From sequence record NC_048048.2: DNA of 64,000 nt, one strand, 5' to 3'. The notes beneath the pieces were generated by a model, which saw only the letters and a program-made list of their open reading frames with translations, was not told the origin of the DNA and made no database searches. Positions within the stretch are counted from its first letter, which is position 1. Each line of letters begins with the position of its first letter. Of the stretch, positions 18,150 to 25,497 are shown piece after piece. Both the position numbers and the translations under genes were made by a program.

Positions 18150-18225
18150 GGCTCTAGGGTGTGAGGGTTAGCAGCGCCGGCTTGTCAGGCCGGAGGAAGG
18201 GGTTCGAGTCCCCTTAGAGTCGCCA
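18150..18225 (+). tRNA. tRNA-Asp: tRNA-Asp(GTC)
   Basis: GGCTCTA/TAGAGTC acceptor, CCGGC-TTGTCAG-GCCGG, GCCA; atypical D arm. Confidence 0.9.
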
Positions 18226-18229
18226 TTTC

Positions 18230-18580
18230 GCCCGGACGGGCACAACCAATCGAAAGCACCGGGCAAGAGCGCTTAGCGGCCTCCAAGCGCCTGGGTTACG
18301 CTGGAAACGCAGGGGTCGCCGGGTCGTGCGTAACGACAGCCCTGGTCAGTGACCGATGGTGGATAAGAAATTGGTCCCAACCTGCTGTAGGTGGTTGGCG
18401 GCGCCGGGTCCGAGAACCCGGACGTATTTCCCGCTGTGGCGCTAGTAGGATGCGCTAGTGGCCATGCCATCGAGGCTCACCGCATGGGGGCCGGCGGAAG
18501 TAGCTCAGGTCCGCCTAGAGTGAAAACCCACATCATGTCGTCGGCCCCACTGCTCTGCATGCGCCGCCGACGCCCTTTCG
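18230..18580 (+). ncRNA. Candidate structured non-coding RNA of unknown family, co-transcribed with tRNA-Asp
   Basis: No credible ORF. Stems GCGCTT/AAGCGC, CCAACC/GGTTGG, CCGGGT/ACCCGG, GGGGCCG/CGGCCCC; ends at a terminator. Confidence 0.4.
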
Positions 18581-18581
18581 G

Positions 18582-18623
18582 AACCCTCGGTCAGGCCAGC
18601 CCTCACCGAGGGTTTTCCTTTTT
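18582..18623 (+). terminator. Intrinsic terminator
   Basis: AACCCTCGGT/ACCGAGGGTT stem followed by TTCCTTTTT. Confidence 0.7.
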
Positions 18624-18632
18624 ATAGAGGCC

Positions 18633-18690
18633 GTGCATTTTTTATTGCACCGTTTCTTGACACGCCTGATGACCTGTGTCATAGGCTACA
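18633..18690 (+). promoter_or_regulatory. Promoter of the 12-tRNA operon with an upstream inverted repeat
   Basis: GTGCA-N8-TGCAC palindrome (18633-18650), then TTCTTGACA (-35 at 18657-18662). Confidence 0.55.
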
Positions 18691-18738
18691 TCATCAACAG
18701 CCCAGATCGGGCGCATTTTCTCCGCCGGAACAAGGTCC

Positions 18739-18858
18739 ATGACCCGCATCCATACCACGCTGCCGACCGCCAAGCCCGCCTCCACCGGCGCGCTGACGCT
18801 CGCCTCGTGGCCGGCGTCGAGCAAGCCGCTATTGCGGCACTCAGCGGTTCTCGCCTAA
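18739..18858 (+). CDS. 39-aa leader peptide of the 12-tRNA operon (MTRIHTTLPTAKPASTGALTLASWPASSKPLLRHSAVLA)
   Basis: AAGG RBS; 33 of 38 non-start residues are P/T/K/L/H/A/S/W, exactly the amino acids of the 12 downstream tRNAs. Confidence 0.75.
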   Translation: MTRIHTTLPTAKPASTGALTLASWPASSKPLLRHSAVLA

Positions 18859-18970
18859 CAGGCGACCGCTCCGGGTGCCGCTTCTAAGCCGCACCCGATC
18901 TCTCCACGACACCTCCCAACTGTCCAGGCGAACCGGGTGCTCCTGATCTCTCAGGAGATCGCTCCTATTT
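18834..18970 (+). promoter_or_regulatory. Putative transcription attenuator (alternative hairpins) before tRNA-Pro
   Basis: GCGGCACTC 18834-42 pairs with GGGTGCCGC 18873-81. CGGGTGC at 18872-78 and at 18934-40 both pair with GCACCCG 18891-97. Terminal hairpin CTCCTGA-TCTC-TCAGGAG with a weak U tail. Confidence 0.55.
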
Positions 18971-18977
18971 GGTTCAT

Positions 18978-19053
18978 CTTGGCGTAGCGCAGTGGTAGCG
19001 CACTCGGTTTGGGACCGAGGGGTCGTGGGTTCGAATCCTCACCGCCGAGACCA
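18978..19053 (+). tRNA. tRNA-Pro: tRNA-Pro(TGG)
   Basis: CTTGGCG/CGCCGAG acceptor, CTCGG-TTTGGGA-CCGAG, ACCA. Confidence 0.9.
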
Positions 19054-19126
19054 TTTCACCCTCCGCCGGCTTTGACCGGACGATCCGCGTGCGCCTGGGC
19101 GCCGGCGGAGGCGTGTTCTTCGTTGT

Positions 19127-19203
19127 GCCGGTGTAGCTCAGCCCGGTAGAGCGTCTGCCTCGTAAGCAGGGGGTCCCTGGTTCAAATCCAGGTGTCGGCA
19201 CCA
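19127..19203 (+). tRNA. tRNA-Thr: tRNA-Thr(CGT)
   Basis: GCCGGTG/TGTCGGC acceptor (3 G-U pairs), loop CTCGTAA, ACCA. Confidence 0.85.
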
Positions 19204-19257
19204 CAAAGAACACGATCGCAAGATCAAAGAGAAGGAACAGACAAGACACAGACTTTC

Positions 19258-19344
19258 GGGCGAGTAGCCGAGTGGTTAAAGGCACCTGACTCTTAATCAG
19301 GCGTGAGAAATCCTACGTGGGTTCGAATCCCACCTCGCCCTCCA
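19258..19344 (+). tRNA. tRNA-Lys: tRNA with Lys anticodon CTT on a long-variable-arm (type II) body
   Basis: GGGCGAG/CTCGCCC acceptor, CCTGA-CTCTTAA-TCAGG, ~16-nt variable region, U73-CCA. Confidence 0.8.
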
Positions 19345-19424
19345 TTGATACCATGTTCCCGCTCGGGAACATTCTGGCCAGGACAGGGGTCTTGGGATGA
19401 GAATGTTCCCGATCGGGATCACGG

Positions 19425-19511
19425 GCGGGTGTGGCGAAGTTGGTAGCCGCGCGAGTCTCAGGTACTCGTGGTCGAAAGGCCGGGGAGGTTCGAATCCTCT
19501 CACCCGCACCA
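19425..19511 (+). tRNA. tRNA-Leu: tRNA-Leu(CAG)
   Basis: GCGGGTG/CACCCGC acceptor, CGAGT-CTCAGGT-ACTCG, long variable arm, ACCA. Confidence 0.93.
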
Positions 19512-19522
19512 ATCTGAACTGG

Positions 19523-19609
19523 GCCGAGATGGCGGAATGGTAGACGCGCCGGCTTCAAGTCCCGTGTGCCCGCAAGGGCGTCCGAGTTCGACCCTCGGTC
19601 TCGGCACCA
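19523..19609 (+). tRNA. tRNA-Leu: tRNA-Leu(CAA), imperfect anticodon stem
   Basis: GCCGAGA/TCTCGGC acceptor, loop TTCAAGT, long variable arm, ACCA. Confidence 0.85.
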
Positions 19610-19650
19610 ATCAGATTGGCGATGGAAAGCGAAAGTCATGCAAGGACAGT

Positions 19651-19738
19651 GCGGAAGTGGCGTAACGGTAGCCGCGCCAGATTGAGTATCTGGTGATCTG
19701 AAAGGGTCGTGGAGGTTCGAGTCCTCTCTTCCGCACCA
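19651..19738 (+). tRNA. tRNA-Leu: tRNA-Leu(GAG)
   Basis: GCGGAAG/CTTCCGC acceptor, CCAGA-TTGAGTA-TCTGG (U37), ACCA. Confidence 0.9.
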
Positions 19739-19771
19739 AGACAAGGAGAAGAAAAGACAGGTTTGGTTTGT

Positions 19772-19843
19772 GCTGAAATGGCCTAGCGGTTAAGGCGCTG
19801 CATTGTGGATGCAGACACGATGGTTCGAATCCATCTTTCAGTG
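19772..19843 (+). tRNA. tRNA-His: tRNA-His(GTG), no G-1 and no encoded CCA
   Basis: GCTGAAA/TTTCAGT acceptor, CTGCA-TTGTGGA-TGCAG; separated from tRNA-Ala by a single C. Confidence 0.85.
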
Positions 19844-19844
19844 C

Positions 19845-19920
19845 GGGGATATAGCTCAGTTGGTAGAGCAGTTGCTTTGCAAGCATCAGGTCGTCGGTTC
19901 GAGCCCGACTATCTCCACCA
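19845..19920 (+). tRNA. tRNA-Ala: tRNA-Ala(TGC)
   Basis: GGGGATA/TATCTCC acceptor with G3:U70, loop TTTGCAA, ACCA. Confidence 0.95.
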
Positions 19921-19985
19921 GACGAAGGGACCCAGGGCGCGGCGCCGGATCGGCGACCACCTGGGTCCGTGACAACAAGACAACT

Positions 19986-20077
19986 GGAGGGCTGGCAGAG
20001 TCTGGCTGAACGCACCCGTTTCGAACGCGGGCAGGGGTGAAAGTCCCTCGGGGGTTCAAATCCCTCGCCCTCCGCCA
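19986..20077 (+). tRNA. tRNA-Ser: tRNA-Ser(CGA)
   Basis: GGAGGGC/GCCCTCC acceptor, loop TTCGAAC, long variable arm, GCCA. Confidence 0.93.
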
Positions 20078-20095
20078 ACACGAGCCGGCATCTAT

Positions 20096-20187
20096 GGAAG
20101 GATGGCTGAGTCCGGCTGAAAGCGCCCACCTGGAACGTGGGTAGGCCTTCGCGGGCCTCGGGGGTTCAAATCCCTCTCCTTCCGCCA
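20096..20187 (+). tRNA. tRNA-Ser: tRNA-Ser(GGA)
   Basis: GGAAGGA/TCCTTCC acceptor, CCCAC-CTGGAAC-GTGGG, GCCA. Confidence 0.93.
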
Positions 20188-20221
20188 ATACCGAGCCGGC
20201 GCGGATCGCCGGCCGAAGCGA

Positions 20222-20311
20222 GGTGGGTTGACCGAGTGGTAAGGTGCGCGCTTGCTAAGCGCAGGTCAGCCTGGAAGGGCTGCGGGGGTTCGATCCCCTC
20301 ACCCACCGCCA
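20222..20311 (+). tRNA. tRNA-Ser: tRNA-Ser(GCT)
   Basis: GGTGGGT/ACCCACC acceptor, loop TTGCTAA, long variable arm, GCCA. Confidence 0.93.
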
Positions 20312-20326
20312 TCGCTTCGACGATGC

Positions 20327-20402
20327 AGGAGTATAGCTCAACTGGTAGAGCGCTGGTCTCCAAAACCAGAGGTTGGGGGTTCGAGTCCCTCTGCTCCTGC
20401 CA
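20327..20402 (+). tRNA. tRNA-Trp: tRNA-Trp(CCA)
   Basis: AGGAGTA/TGCTCCT acceptor, CTGGT-CTCCAAA-ACCAG, GCCA. Confidence 0.95.
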
Positions 20403-20446
20403 ACACCGTTTCATCGATCCACAGCACCAAGGAAAGGAGGACACCG

Positions 20447-20677
20447 ATGAGAAATCCCACCATGACCCAATGCCGTATGACGCGAGGCGAGACCGGTGTC
20501 CTGATCTCGTGGATTCCGACCGAGTTCGCCCAGGTCGGCCGCAAGATCGACCTGAAGGAAAAGGACTTCTGGTCGCGCGGCTGGATCGTCGACAAGGTCT
20601 GGACCACGATGGACGCCAAGGCGGTCGCCGAGCGCGGCCACGACTACCGCATCCACCGTCGGGCCACCGACGTCTAA
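20447..20677 (+). CDS. 76-aa hypothetical protein at the end of the tRNA operon
   Basis: Strong AAGGAGG RBS before ATG at 20447. Confidence 0.75.
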   Translation: MRNPTMTQCRMTRGETGVLISWIPTEFAQVGRKIDLKEKDFWSRGWIVDKVWTTMDAKAVAERGHDYRIHRRATDV

Positions 20678-20713
20678 GAGGTTGGCCCTGCCATGTGTAG
20701 GAGCCGCATCGGG

Positions 20714-20743
20714 GCCGCCCAGGCATGACCTGGGCGGCTTTTG
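20714..20743 (+). terminator. Intrinsic terminator of the tRNA operon
   Basis: GCCGCCCAGG/CCTGGGCGGC stem followed by TTTTG. Confidence 0.8.
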
Positions 20744-20748
20744 TCGCG

Positions 20749-21156
20749 TTAGAGGGTAACGAGTTCGATGCCTCTGGTATGGGACACGACGAGCCAGTCG
20801 CGCCCAGTGGATTTCAGGAAAATCGCGATGGGAACCTTGGACGCGTCATTGTCTTTCGTGATGCCTAGGGCCACGCCAGAATCGTTCCCGTTGATGACGA
20901 AATTGGGGACTGACCGGTCCTCCATGCTGATCCCAGCGAGCTTGATAGCTTGTCCGTTGGGGGCATTAATGTTGAAATGCAGGCGAATGAACAATTCGTC
21001 GCCTACTTCCTGACCACCCGCGATTTGAGCGGCGTAGATGCCGGCTTCATCGCCGCCAGTTACGACGTCGACGATTTTTTGACCGTCCGGGTTGATAATG
21101 GGCCATTGGAAATAAGGGGCGTCAGCCTGGGTGAGCAGAATGGTGTGCCGAGACAT
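20749..21156 (-). CDS. 135-aa hypothetical protein with visibly lower GC
   Basis: AAAAGGAGA RBS; AT-richer codons than neighbouring genes. Confidence 0.7.
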   Translation of the reverse strand: MSRHTILLTQADAPYFQWPIINPDGQKIVDVVTGGDEAGIYAAQIAGGQEVGDELFIRLHFNINAPNGQAIKLAGISMEDRSVPNFVINGNDSGVALGITKDNDASKVPIAIFLKSTGRDWLVVSHTRGIELVTL

Positions 21157-21323
21157 GCGTATCTCCTTTTAGGTACTAGCCTTCGGACGGCGGGTGAACG
21201 GCGCCAGCGGGCTGGCCCAGCTACCGGCCCAGCGCCGGCAGCCCCTCCTACCCGATCCATGTGACAAGTCTATCTAAGATCGAGTTTTATCCACAGCAGC
21301 TTTAACGCGAGTATAGGCGCACG

Positions 21324-21350
21324 AAAAAGGGCTCCCCGGAGGGAGCCCTT
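21324..21350 (-). terminator. Intrinsic terminator ending the large minus-strand RNA (possibly bidirectional)
   Basis: GGGCTCCC/GGGAGCCC stem, 4-nt loop, TTTTT on the minus strand. Confidence 0.8.
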
Positions 21351-22190
21351 ATTGTTTGAAAGGTTGAGACACTAGGCCTTTCTCGACGAGACCTCAGGGA
21401 TTATCCTTGCTCAGGTTCCCCTGGGAGTCCAGGAGCCTTTCGGCTTCTCTGTCCCGCCAACGACGGTCATTTTAGGTCCACCACAGACCGTCCTGTTAAA
21501 CTACTCAGCCTCTCCGCTACCATCAAAGGCTGGCCGGCCCTCGAAGGAAGTTTCCTGACACTCACCTCAGAACCTTGCGGGGTCCTGCGATGCCCCTGCT
21601 AAGCCGAAGCCCAGGGGACGTAGTCGTCTATCGTTCAACAGCGGACTGACTTTCGCTTGTGCTTCGTCAGCCAATGATGATCGGGGTTGGTTTAAGCCCC
21701 GTGCTACCTTCCCTAGTGAAGACGTGCAGTACCTTGGGCTTCGTGGCTTTTGGCCACAAAATACCCTACGCCTCCGTGTCCCTCAGATCGGAACGGTCCT
21801 GCCCGAAAATCCCTCCAGATGCTTTTCACACCCGGCGTGACTTCCAGAAGAACTGGGTCTCGCCCTAAGCCGGTATCTCTCCGGCCTCGAACTGTCGTAG
21901 TAGGCTGTCGCCCAGCTACCCCCTACACCTGAATCCTCGCCGACAAGGCCGCCTTGATGTGTTCCTCCCGGCGGATATCACCCCGCACCAGAGCGCCTGT
22001 CGGCGCCTTTCGAGACAGAACACGGCCCCTTCGACTATCCTCCACCCCCAGTTTTTACCTGGGTATGAAAGACGGGCTGGTTAGGCCCGGTCTTCGATGC
22101 CTGCTTGAGTGAGCCCGGTTTCCCAGGTGGCGAAGGATAGGGCCTCCGCCTCGTTGCCGGGTTGCCCCGGCCGCGTCGCTCTCAAGCGAT
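21351..22190 (-). ncRNA. ~840-nt highly structured non-coding RNA, probably GOLLD family
   Basis: Bounded by its own promoter and terminator; no credible ORF; many tetraloop-capped stems on the minus strand (CCGGG-GCAA-CCCGG, AGCC-GAAA-GGCT, GGGC-TTCG-GCTT). Size and position beside phage tRNAs fit GOLLD; the family call has not been tested with a covariance model. Confidence 0.65.
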
Positions 22191-22196
22191 GACTGG

Positions 22197-22225
22197 GTTG
22201 TAGACGGACGATTTTCCGGGGTCAA
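22197..22225 (-). promoter_or_regulatory. Promoter of the large ncRNA
   Basis: TTGACC-17 nt-TACAAC on the minus strand; predicted start ~22190. Confidence 0.75.
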
Positions 22226-22270
22226 CAGGCATTTCGAACTTTTTTCGAAAAAGTTTCGATCGACGTCCCC

Positions 22271-22311
22271 GTGACGCGTTTCTTGACCCGACATCTCCCT
22301 TAGGGCAGAAG
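22271..22311 (+). promoter_or_regulatory. Divergent rightward promoter
   Basis: GTGAC-N7-TTGACC-17 nt-CAGAAG. Confidence 0.55.
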
Positions 22312-22663
22312 GGTTTCGAGGGCGCCACGCGTAGTGGAAGAATCCGTGCTCCCGCCCAAGGCGCGGCCGTGTAGCGACACAGTCCTGCACATCAGGCCAA
22401 CCCTAAGCCGCAGCGCGTTGTCTACCCGCATGCCTCGGGCAATAGGCAAATCCCGGTCCGGCGGACATCCCTCGAAGCTGGAGGAGATAACCGGAGGATA
22501 CCGTCCCCGTGGGACGGATGGAAGGAAGGGATTTTGTCGATCCCTGGTAGGCCGTCCAGGCTGTAGCGCTGCTGTCTGGGTCCGGGACCGCCAAATTCGG
22601 CGAAACGCGAAAAGAGCCCGGCTGGTTTCGCGGCTGGCCGGGCTCACTACCCCTGGAAACCTC

Positions 22664-22987
22664 ATGATCGACAACACCTTCGTCCTCGCGGATGGCCCGC
22701 TGTACCTCACCTTGGAGGCGGCCTTGGAGGCGCCCGGTGCGATCTACACCCACGTCAAGAAGGGCGGCATCTATCGCCGTATGGGCGAGGCCAAGTACGC
22801 AGGCGAGGCGGCGGCCGAGACCCTGGAAGGCGTGATGATGGCCGTCTACGAGCATCTCTACCCATACGAGCACTCTTTCTTTGTTCGTCCTCAAAGTGAG
22901 TTTGTCGAGGTCGTACGGACCCAGCACGGCGAGCACCGCCGTTTCGTCTTTCACACCAATGAGATACTCACCGTCCTCGACACCTGA
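22664..22987 (+). CDS. DUF1653-like small protein (107 aa)
   Basis: GIYTHVKKGGIY...MAVYEHLY...FVRPQSEF...RRF pattern; ATG at 22664. Confidence 0.7.
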   Translation: MIDNTFVLADGPLYLTLEAALEAPGAIYTHVKKGGIYRRMGEAKYAGEAAAETLEGVMMAVYEHLYPYEHSFFVRPQSEFVEVVRTQHGEHRRFVFHTNEILTVLDT

Positions 22988-23022
22988 CATGCGTCAAAAG
23001 CCTTGTCATACAAGGCGTCACG

Positions 23023-23063
23023 GTGTCGCCGATCTTGACTTGACACTCGATCTCCGGTAGAAG
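23023..23063 (+). promoter_or_regulatory. Promoter
   Basis: GTGTC-N7-TTGACT-17 nt-TAGAAG. Confidence 0.65.
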
Positions 23064-23089
23064 GCAGACCTGCTTTCAAGGAAATTGTG

Positions 23090-25438
23090 ATGGCCAAGCC
23101 GCTGATCGCGGCGACGAAGCGTCAGCGCTTGTCGCCTGCGCATGTCCCCCTGATCCCTACCGACATCGAACTCAGCAGCACCCAGGTGCCAGCCGGTAGC
23201 CCTGCGGGCACCACGATTGGCATATTGACGGCCAAGCCCGAGGTGGGCGAGATCGACTTTGTCCTTCTCGACGACGCCGGTGGCAAGTTCGCCATCGACG
23301 GCGCCCGGCTGGTGATCGGCCCGGTCGCCTCGGCTGGCGCGACGCTCAACATCACCGTGCGCGCCATCGCCCGCTTCTCCAAGCTCTGGGTCGACAAGGT
23401 CTTCGGCGTCGAGGTCCAGACCGTGGTCGCCCCGATCATCCTGTCGCCGACCAATCCGACCATCCTGGAAAACAGCCCCGCAGGTACTCAAGTCGCGGCG
23501 ATCTCCTCGCCCGGCTCGACCTTGGCGCTGACCAACAATGCCGGCAATCGCTTTGCCTTGAACGGCGTCAACCTCCAGGCCGGCAGCGTGCCGACCGACT
23601 ACGAGACCGCCACCAGCCACGACGTCACCATCTCGGCCACCAACAATGGCGACACCATTTCCGAGATCGTCACTGTCCAGGTGATCAATGTCGTCGAGAT
23701 CACCAACATCACCCTGTCAGCCAACACCATCGCCGAGAACTCGGCGGCCGGAACAGTCGTGGGCCAACTGGCCTCGGTCCCGGCTGGCGCGACGCTCACC
23801 CTGACCAACAACGCCGGCAATCGCTTCGCCATCGACGGCAGCAACCGGCTGGTCGCGGGCAGCGTCGCAACCGATTACGAGACCAACACCACACACGACG
23901 TGACGGTGCGAGCCACCAAGGGTCCTGACGTCTACGACAAGACCTTCACGATCAACGTCACCAACGTCAACGAACTGACCGATATCACCCTGTCGGCCAA
24001 CACCATCGCCGAGAACTCGGCGGCCGGGACGGTCGTGGGCAATCTCGCCAGCGTGATCGCCGGCGCCTCGTTCACCGTGACCAGCCAGACGCCGTCTGGC
24101 GCCTACTTCACGGTCAACGGCTCCAATCAGCTTGTCGCCGGTGCCACGCCGACCAACTACGAGGCAAACACCTCCCACTCGGTCACCATCCAGGCGACGC
24201 GCGGGACCGACACCTTCTCCAAGACCTTCACCGTCAACGTGACCAACGTCACCGAGATCACCGACTTCACCCTGTCGGCCAACACCATCACCGAGGGCGC
24301 GGCCCAGACCACCCAGGTGGGCCTCTTCACCTCGACGCCGACGGGCGCGACCTACGCCCTGGCGCCGGACAACACCGCCGGCACGCTGTTCCAGGTTTCC
24401 GGCACGGCCCTCCAGGCCGGCTCGACCGCCACCAACTACGAGAACGCCACCAGCCACGTCGTGAAGATTCGCGCCACCCGAGGCGGTGAGACCCTCGACA
24501 AGAACTTCACGATCAACGTCACCAACGTGGTCGAACTGAGCGACTTCACTCTCTCGGGTTCCTCGATCGACGAGAATTCCGGCCAAGGTACGGGCGTGGG
24601 CACCCTGTCCTCCACGCCGACCGGCGCGACCTACAGCTTCGTGGCGCCCAACAGCAGCGCCGGCAGCCGCTTCCAGATCAGCGGCAATGCGCTCCAGGCT
24701 GGCCCCGTGTCGACTGATTACGAGTCGGCGACCAGCCACGCCATCACCATCCGCGCCTCTCGCGGCGGCGAGACGATGGACAAGAACTTCACAATCACCG
24801 TCAACGACATCAACGAAGCGCCACCACCGCCGGACCTGGACAGCTTCAGCCTGTCGGGCAACTCCATTGATGAGAACTCGGGCGCGGGCACCTTTGTGGG
24901 CACCTTCTCGTCGAGTCCGTCGGGCGCTAGCTATGTCTTGACCAATTCGGCCGGCGGGCGTTTCGCTATTTCTGGCACGTCCCTCGTCGCGGGGTCGACG
25001 CCGACGGACTATGAGACAGCTACCAGCCATTCGATCTCGGTTAATGCTACGCGTGGAGCCACCACGCTGAGCGACAGCTTCACGATCAACGTCAACAACC
25101 TCGCCGAAGGCGGCGGGGGTAGTCAGACGCTGACCGTCAGCAAGAATAAAGGCAATTTGACAGGTTCAATCGTGGGGGGAACTACCCCTCCCACCACGTC
25201 AGAAACGATTACGGCGACTGCGTCTGGTGGCACGGCTCCCTATTCCTACGACTGGGAATATGTCAGCGGCGACACCCTGATCTTCCTGGCGAACGTCTCG
25301 CCCCAAGAAGCCTATTGGTACCTGGGCAACGGCGATCGTCCAGCCAACCGCACCGCCATCTGGCGATGCAAGGCGACCGACGCGGTCGGAAATTACGGCT
25401 ATACCTCCAACACTCAGATCACCCTCACGTGGTCATGA
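23090..25438 (+). CDS. Cadherin-like repeat protein (about seven ~92-aa repeats plus a C-terminal domain)
   Basis: Repeats of LSxNTIxENSxxGTxVG...DYExxTSHxVTIxA...KxFTINVxNVxE; AAGGA RBS. Confidence 0.85.
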   Translation: MAKPLIAATKRQRLSPAHVPLIPTDIELSSTQVPAGSPAGTTIGILTAKPEVGEIDFVLLDDAGGKFAIDGARLVIGPVASAGATLNITVRAIARFSKLWVDKVFGVEVQTVVAPIILSPTNPTILENSPAGTQVAAISSPGSTLALTNNAGNRFALNGVNLQAGSVPTDYETATSHDVTISATNNGDTISEIVTVQVINVVEITNITLSANTIAENSAAGTVVGQLASVPAGATLTLTNNAGNRFAIDGSNRLVAGSVATDYETNTTHDVTVRATKGPDVYDKTFTINVTNVNELTDITLSANTIAENSAAGTVVGNLASVIAGASFTVTSQTPSGAYFTVNGSNQLVAGATPTNYEANTSHSVTIQATRGTDTFSKTFTVNVTNVTEITDFTLSANTITEGAAQTTQVGLFTSTPTGATYALAPDNTAGTLFQVSGTALQAGSTATNYENATSHVVKIRATRGGETLDKNFTINVTNVVELSDFTLSGSSIDENSGQGTGVGTLSSTPTGATYSFVAPNSSAGSRFQISGNALQAGPVSTDYESATSHAITIRASRGGETMDKNFTITVNDINEAPPPPDLDSFSLSGNSIDENSGAGTFVGTFSSSPSGASYVLTNSAGGRFAISGTSLVAGSTPTDYETATSHSISVNATRGATTLSDSFTINVNNLAEGGGGSQTLTVSKNKGNLTGSIVGGTTPPTTSETITATASGGTAPYSYDWEYVSGDTLIFLANVSPQEAYWYLGNGDRPANRTAIWRCKATDAVGNYGYTSNTQITLTWS

Positions 25439-25440
25439 TA

Positions 25441-25466
25441 AAAAGCCCGGCTTCGGCCGGGCTTTT
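25441..25466 (+). terminator. Bidirectional intrinsic terminator
   Basis: AAAAGCCCGG-CTTCGG-CCGGGCTTTT. Confidence 0.85.
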
Positions 25467-25469
25467 CGT

Positions 25470-25497
25470 TTGACGGCGTCACCGCGCCGCGTATGGT
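25470..25497 (+). promoter_or_regulatory. Promoter
   Basis: TTGACG-16 nt-TATGGT. Confidence 0.55.

Noticed and set aside
18230-18580. Assignment of the unknown RNA as tmRNA, RNase P RNA or SRP RNA
   Set aside because: No T arm or G3:U70 with CCA and no tag ORF; no GAGGAAAGUCC P4 signature; no SRP domain IV motif.
21287-21295. Perfect DnaA box TTATCCACA
   Set aside because: Single copy with no cluster or unwinding element; one 9-mer in 64 kb is compatible with chance.
21351-22190. rRNA fragment or group I/II intron
   Set aside because: No recognisable 16S/23S conserved motifs, it does not interrupt a gene, and no intron catalytic core or domain V was identified; it has its own promoter and terminator.
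22334-22663. N-terminal extension of the DUF1653-like ORF as given in the track
   Set aside because: The extension has atypical codons and low-complexity Arg/Ser/Gly content; the recognisable domain starts after ATG 22664.
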